Shown piece by piece: positions 62,841 through 64,000 of a stretch of DNA of 64,000 bases (within the stretch, counting starts at the first letter, position 1; the number at the start of each line of letters is the position of its first letter). This DNA comes from Octopus sinensis (lineage: Eukaryota), in NCBI RefSeq assembly GCF_006345805.1, contig NC_043001.1, positions 89,776,001-89,840,000 on the forward strand, written 5' to 3'. The notes under the pieces are model-generated. The model saw only the letters and a program-made list of their open reading frames with translations, searched no databases and was not told the DNA's origin. Position numbers and translations under genes: made by a program.

Positions 62841-63529
62841 GTATTTCTAGCTGCGCACAGTGTTTTCTTTTTCATATGAATTTACCCTTGTCTGCGTGTG
62901 TACAGATCATGGTGTACCTATTCATGTAGATGATGGTGTGGGTACATGCATACATAAATACATAGATATGTGTGCGTGCTTGTGCGCGTACAGTGATGGA
63001 TTCAAGGGTTTCATTTATTTATGACGTGATTTCTTAATTTCACCAGTGTATAAATACCTATAATGGTGATACTTAAAAAAAAAAAAAGAATTGAACTCAC
63101 AAATTTCCCGATAAGCAAGTGGTCATATTATTTTGTTCACTTTCTTTTACATATGAACTGACCTTCATCTGCATGTGTGGCACAAAATCAAACTGCATCT
63201 CATTTTAACTTTCATAACCTGTTTCAGCAATTTCATACATCTGTAATACTAGCTCTTTCTATTTTATCTTCATCATTATCATCATCACTTATTTTTTTAT
63301 CAAAATTTTAAATTCAAAATTCTTATTCATACTCATCCAGATTTTCTTCATTAAACCTATTTGCTATATGCTTGGTGCCAGATCCCCTAACACATTTGAC
63401 ATATTCAAGTAACTCATTAGCAACTTCTTTCTTTCTCTGATACATGAAGTCTTGTAAATTTTATCATTTGTATTTTGTCTTCAGTGATTTCTCAAACGTG
63501 AATGCTGGCCACAATTTTTGCTAACCTTT

Positions 63530-63748
63530 CTTATTTCTTTATTGCCCACAAGGGGCTAAATATAGAGGGGACAAACAAGGACAGACAAAGGGATTAAGTC
63601 GATTGGTATTGGTACTTAATTTATTGACCCCAAAAGGATGACAGGCAAAGTCAACCTCAGCGGAATTTGAACTTGGAGCGTAGCGGCAGACGAAATACTG
63701 CTAAGCATTTCGCCCTGCGTGCTAATGTTTCTGCCAGCTCGCCGCCTT
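63530..63748 (-). mobile_element. SINE family B
   Basis: Reverse-complement match. Confidence 0.88.
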
Positions 63749-64000
63749 TCTTTGCTAGCCATTCTTTAGGGTTGATGGTTTTGCAATATCCCAGACACTA
63801 GAAATAAACCAGCGCACATCTTTGATGTTGTATTCTTTTGTACATGCCTTTATAGGCTTGCCAGCATTTACTACATCTATCTTTACTTACTTATTTAAAC
63901 CCTTTTCTCCCTAAGGAGCATGGGCCATTGGCATTTTTTCTTCCTTGTTCTCGACTCAGGGCTCTCATTTCTGTATCTTTCCATTTAAAGGGTCAGAAAA

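Overview
Repeat-dense, AT-rich animal genomic DNA. The SINE families and microsatellite load most resemble an octopus genome (recognised from memory, not from a search). No intact host protein-coding gene is recognisable, and most ORF-track entries are microsatellite or transposon artefacts. The window holds several tRNA-derived SINE families; CR1, RTE, Tx1-like, R4/Dong-like and Penelope-like retroelement remnants; mariner, maT (DD37D), DD41D-like and Merlin-like DNA transposon remnants and MITEs; and Helentron/HINE-like elements. There is a candidate TATA promoter and non-coding first exon on the minus strand at about 32.4-32.6 kb. The most striking signal is a set of minimal type-I hammerhead ribozyme (HHR) motifs from unrelated sequence families. 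Three sit in inverted, fold-back structures (2.9-3.5, 41.5-41.7 and 46.9-47.2 kb). One belongs to a tRNA-headed SINE-like element, and one (46887-46975, minus strand) keeps every catalytic core nucleotide. Also notable are nested Merlin-type MITEs (one filled with telomere-like repeats), a ~520 bp local inverted duplication and an 868 bp tandem duplication. Many element boundaries are approximate.
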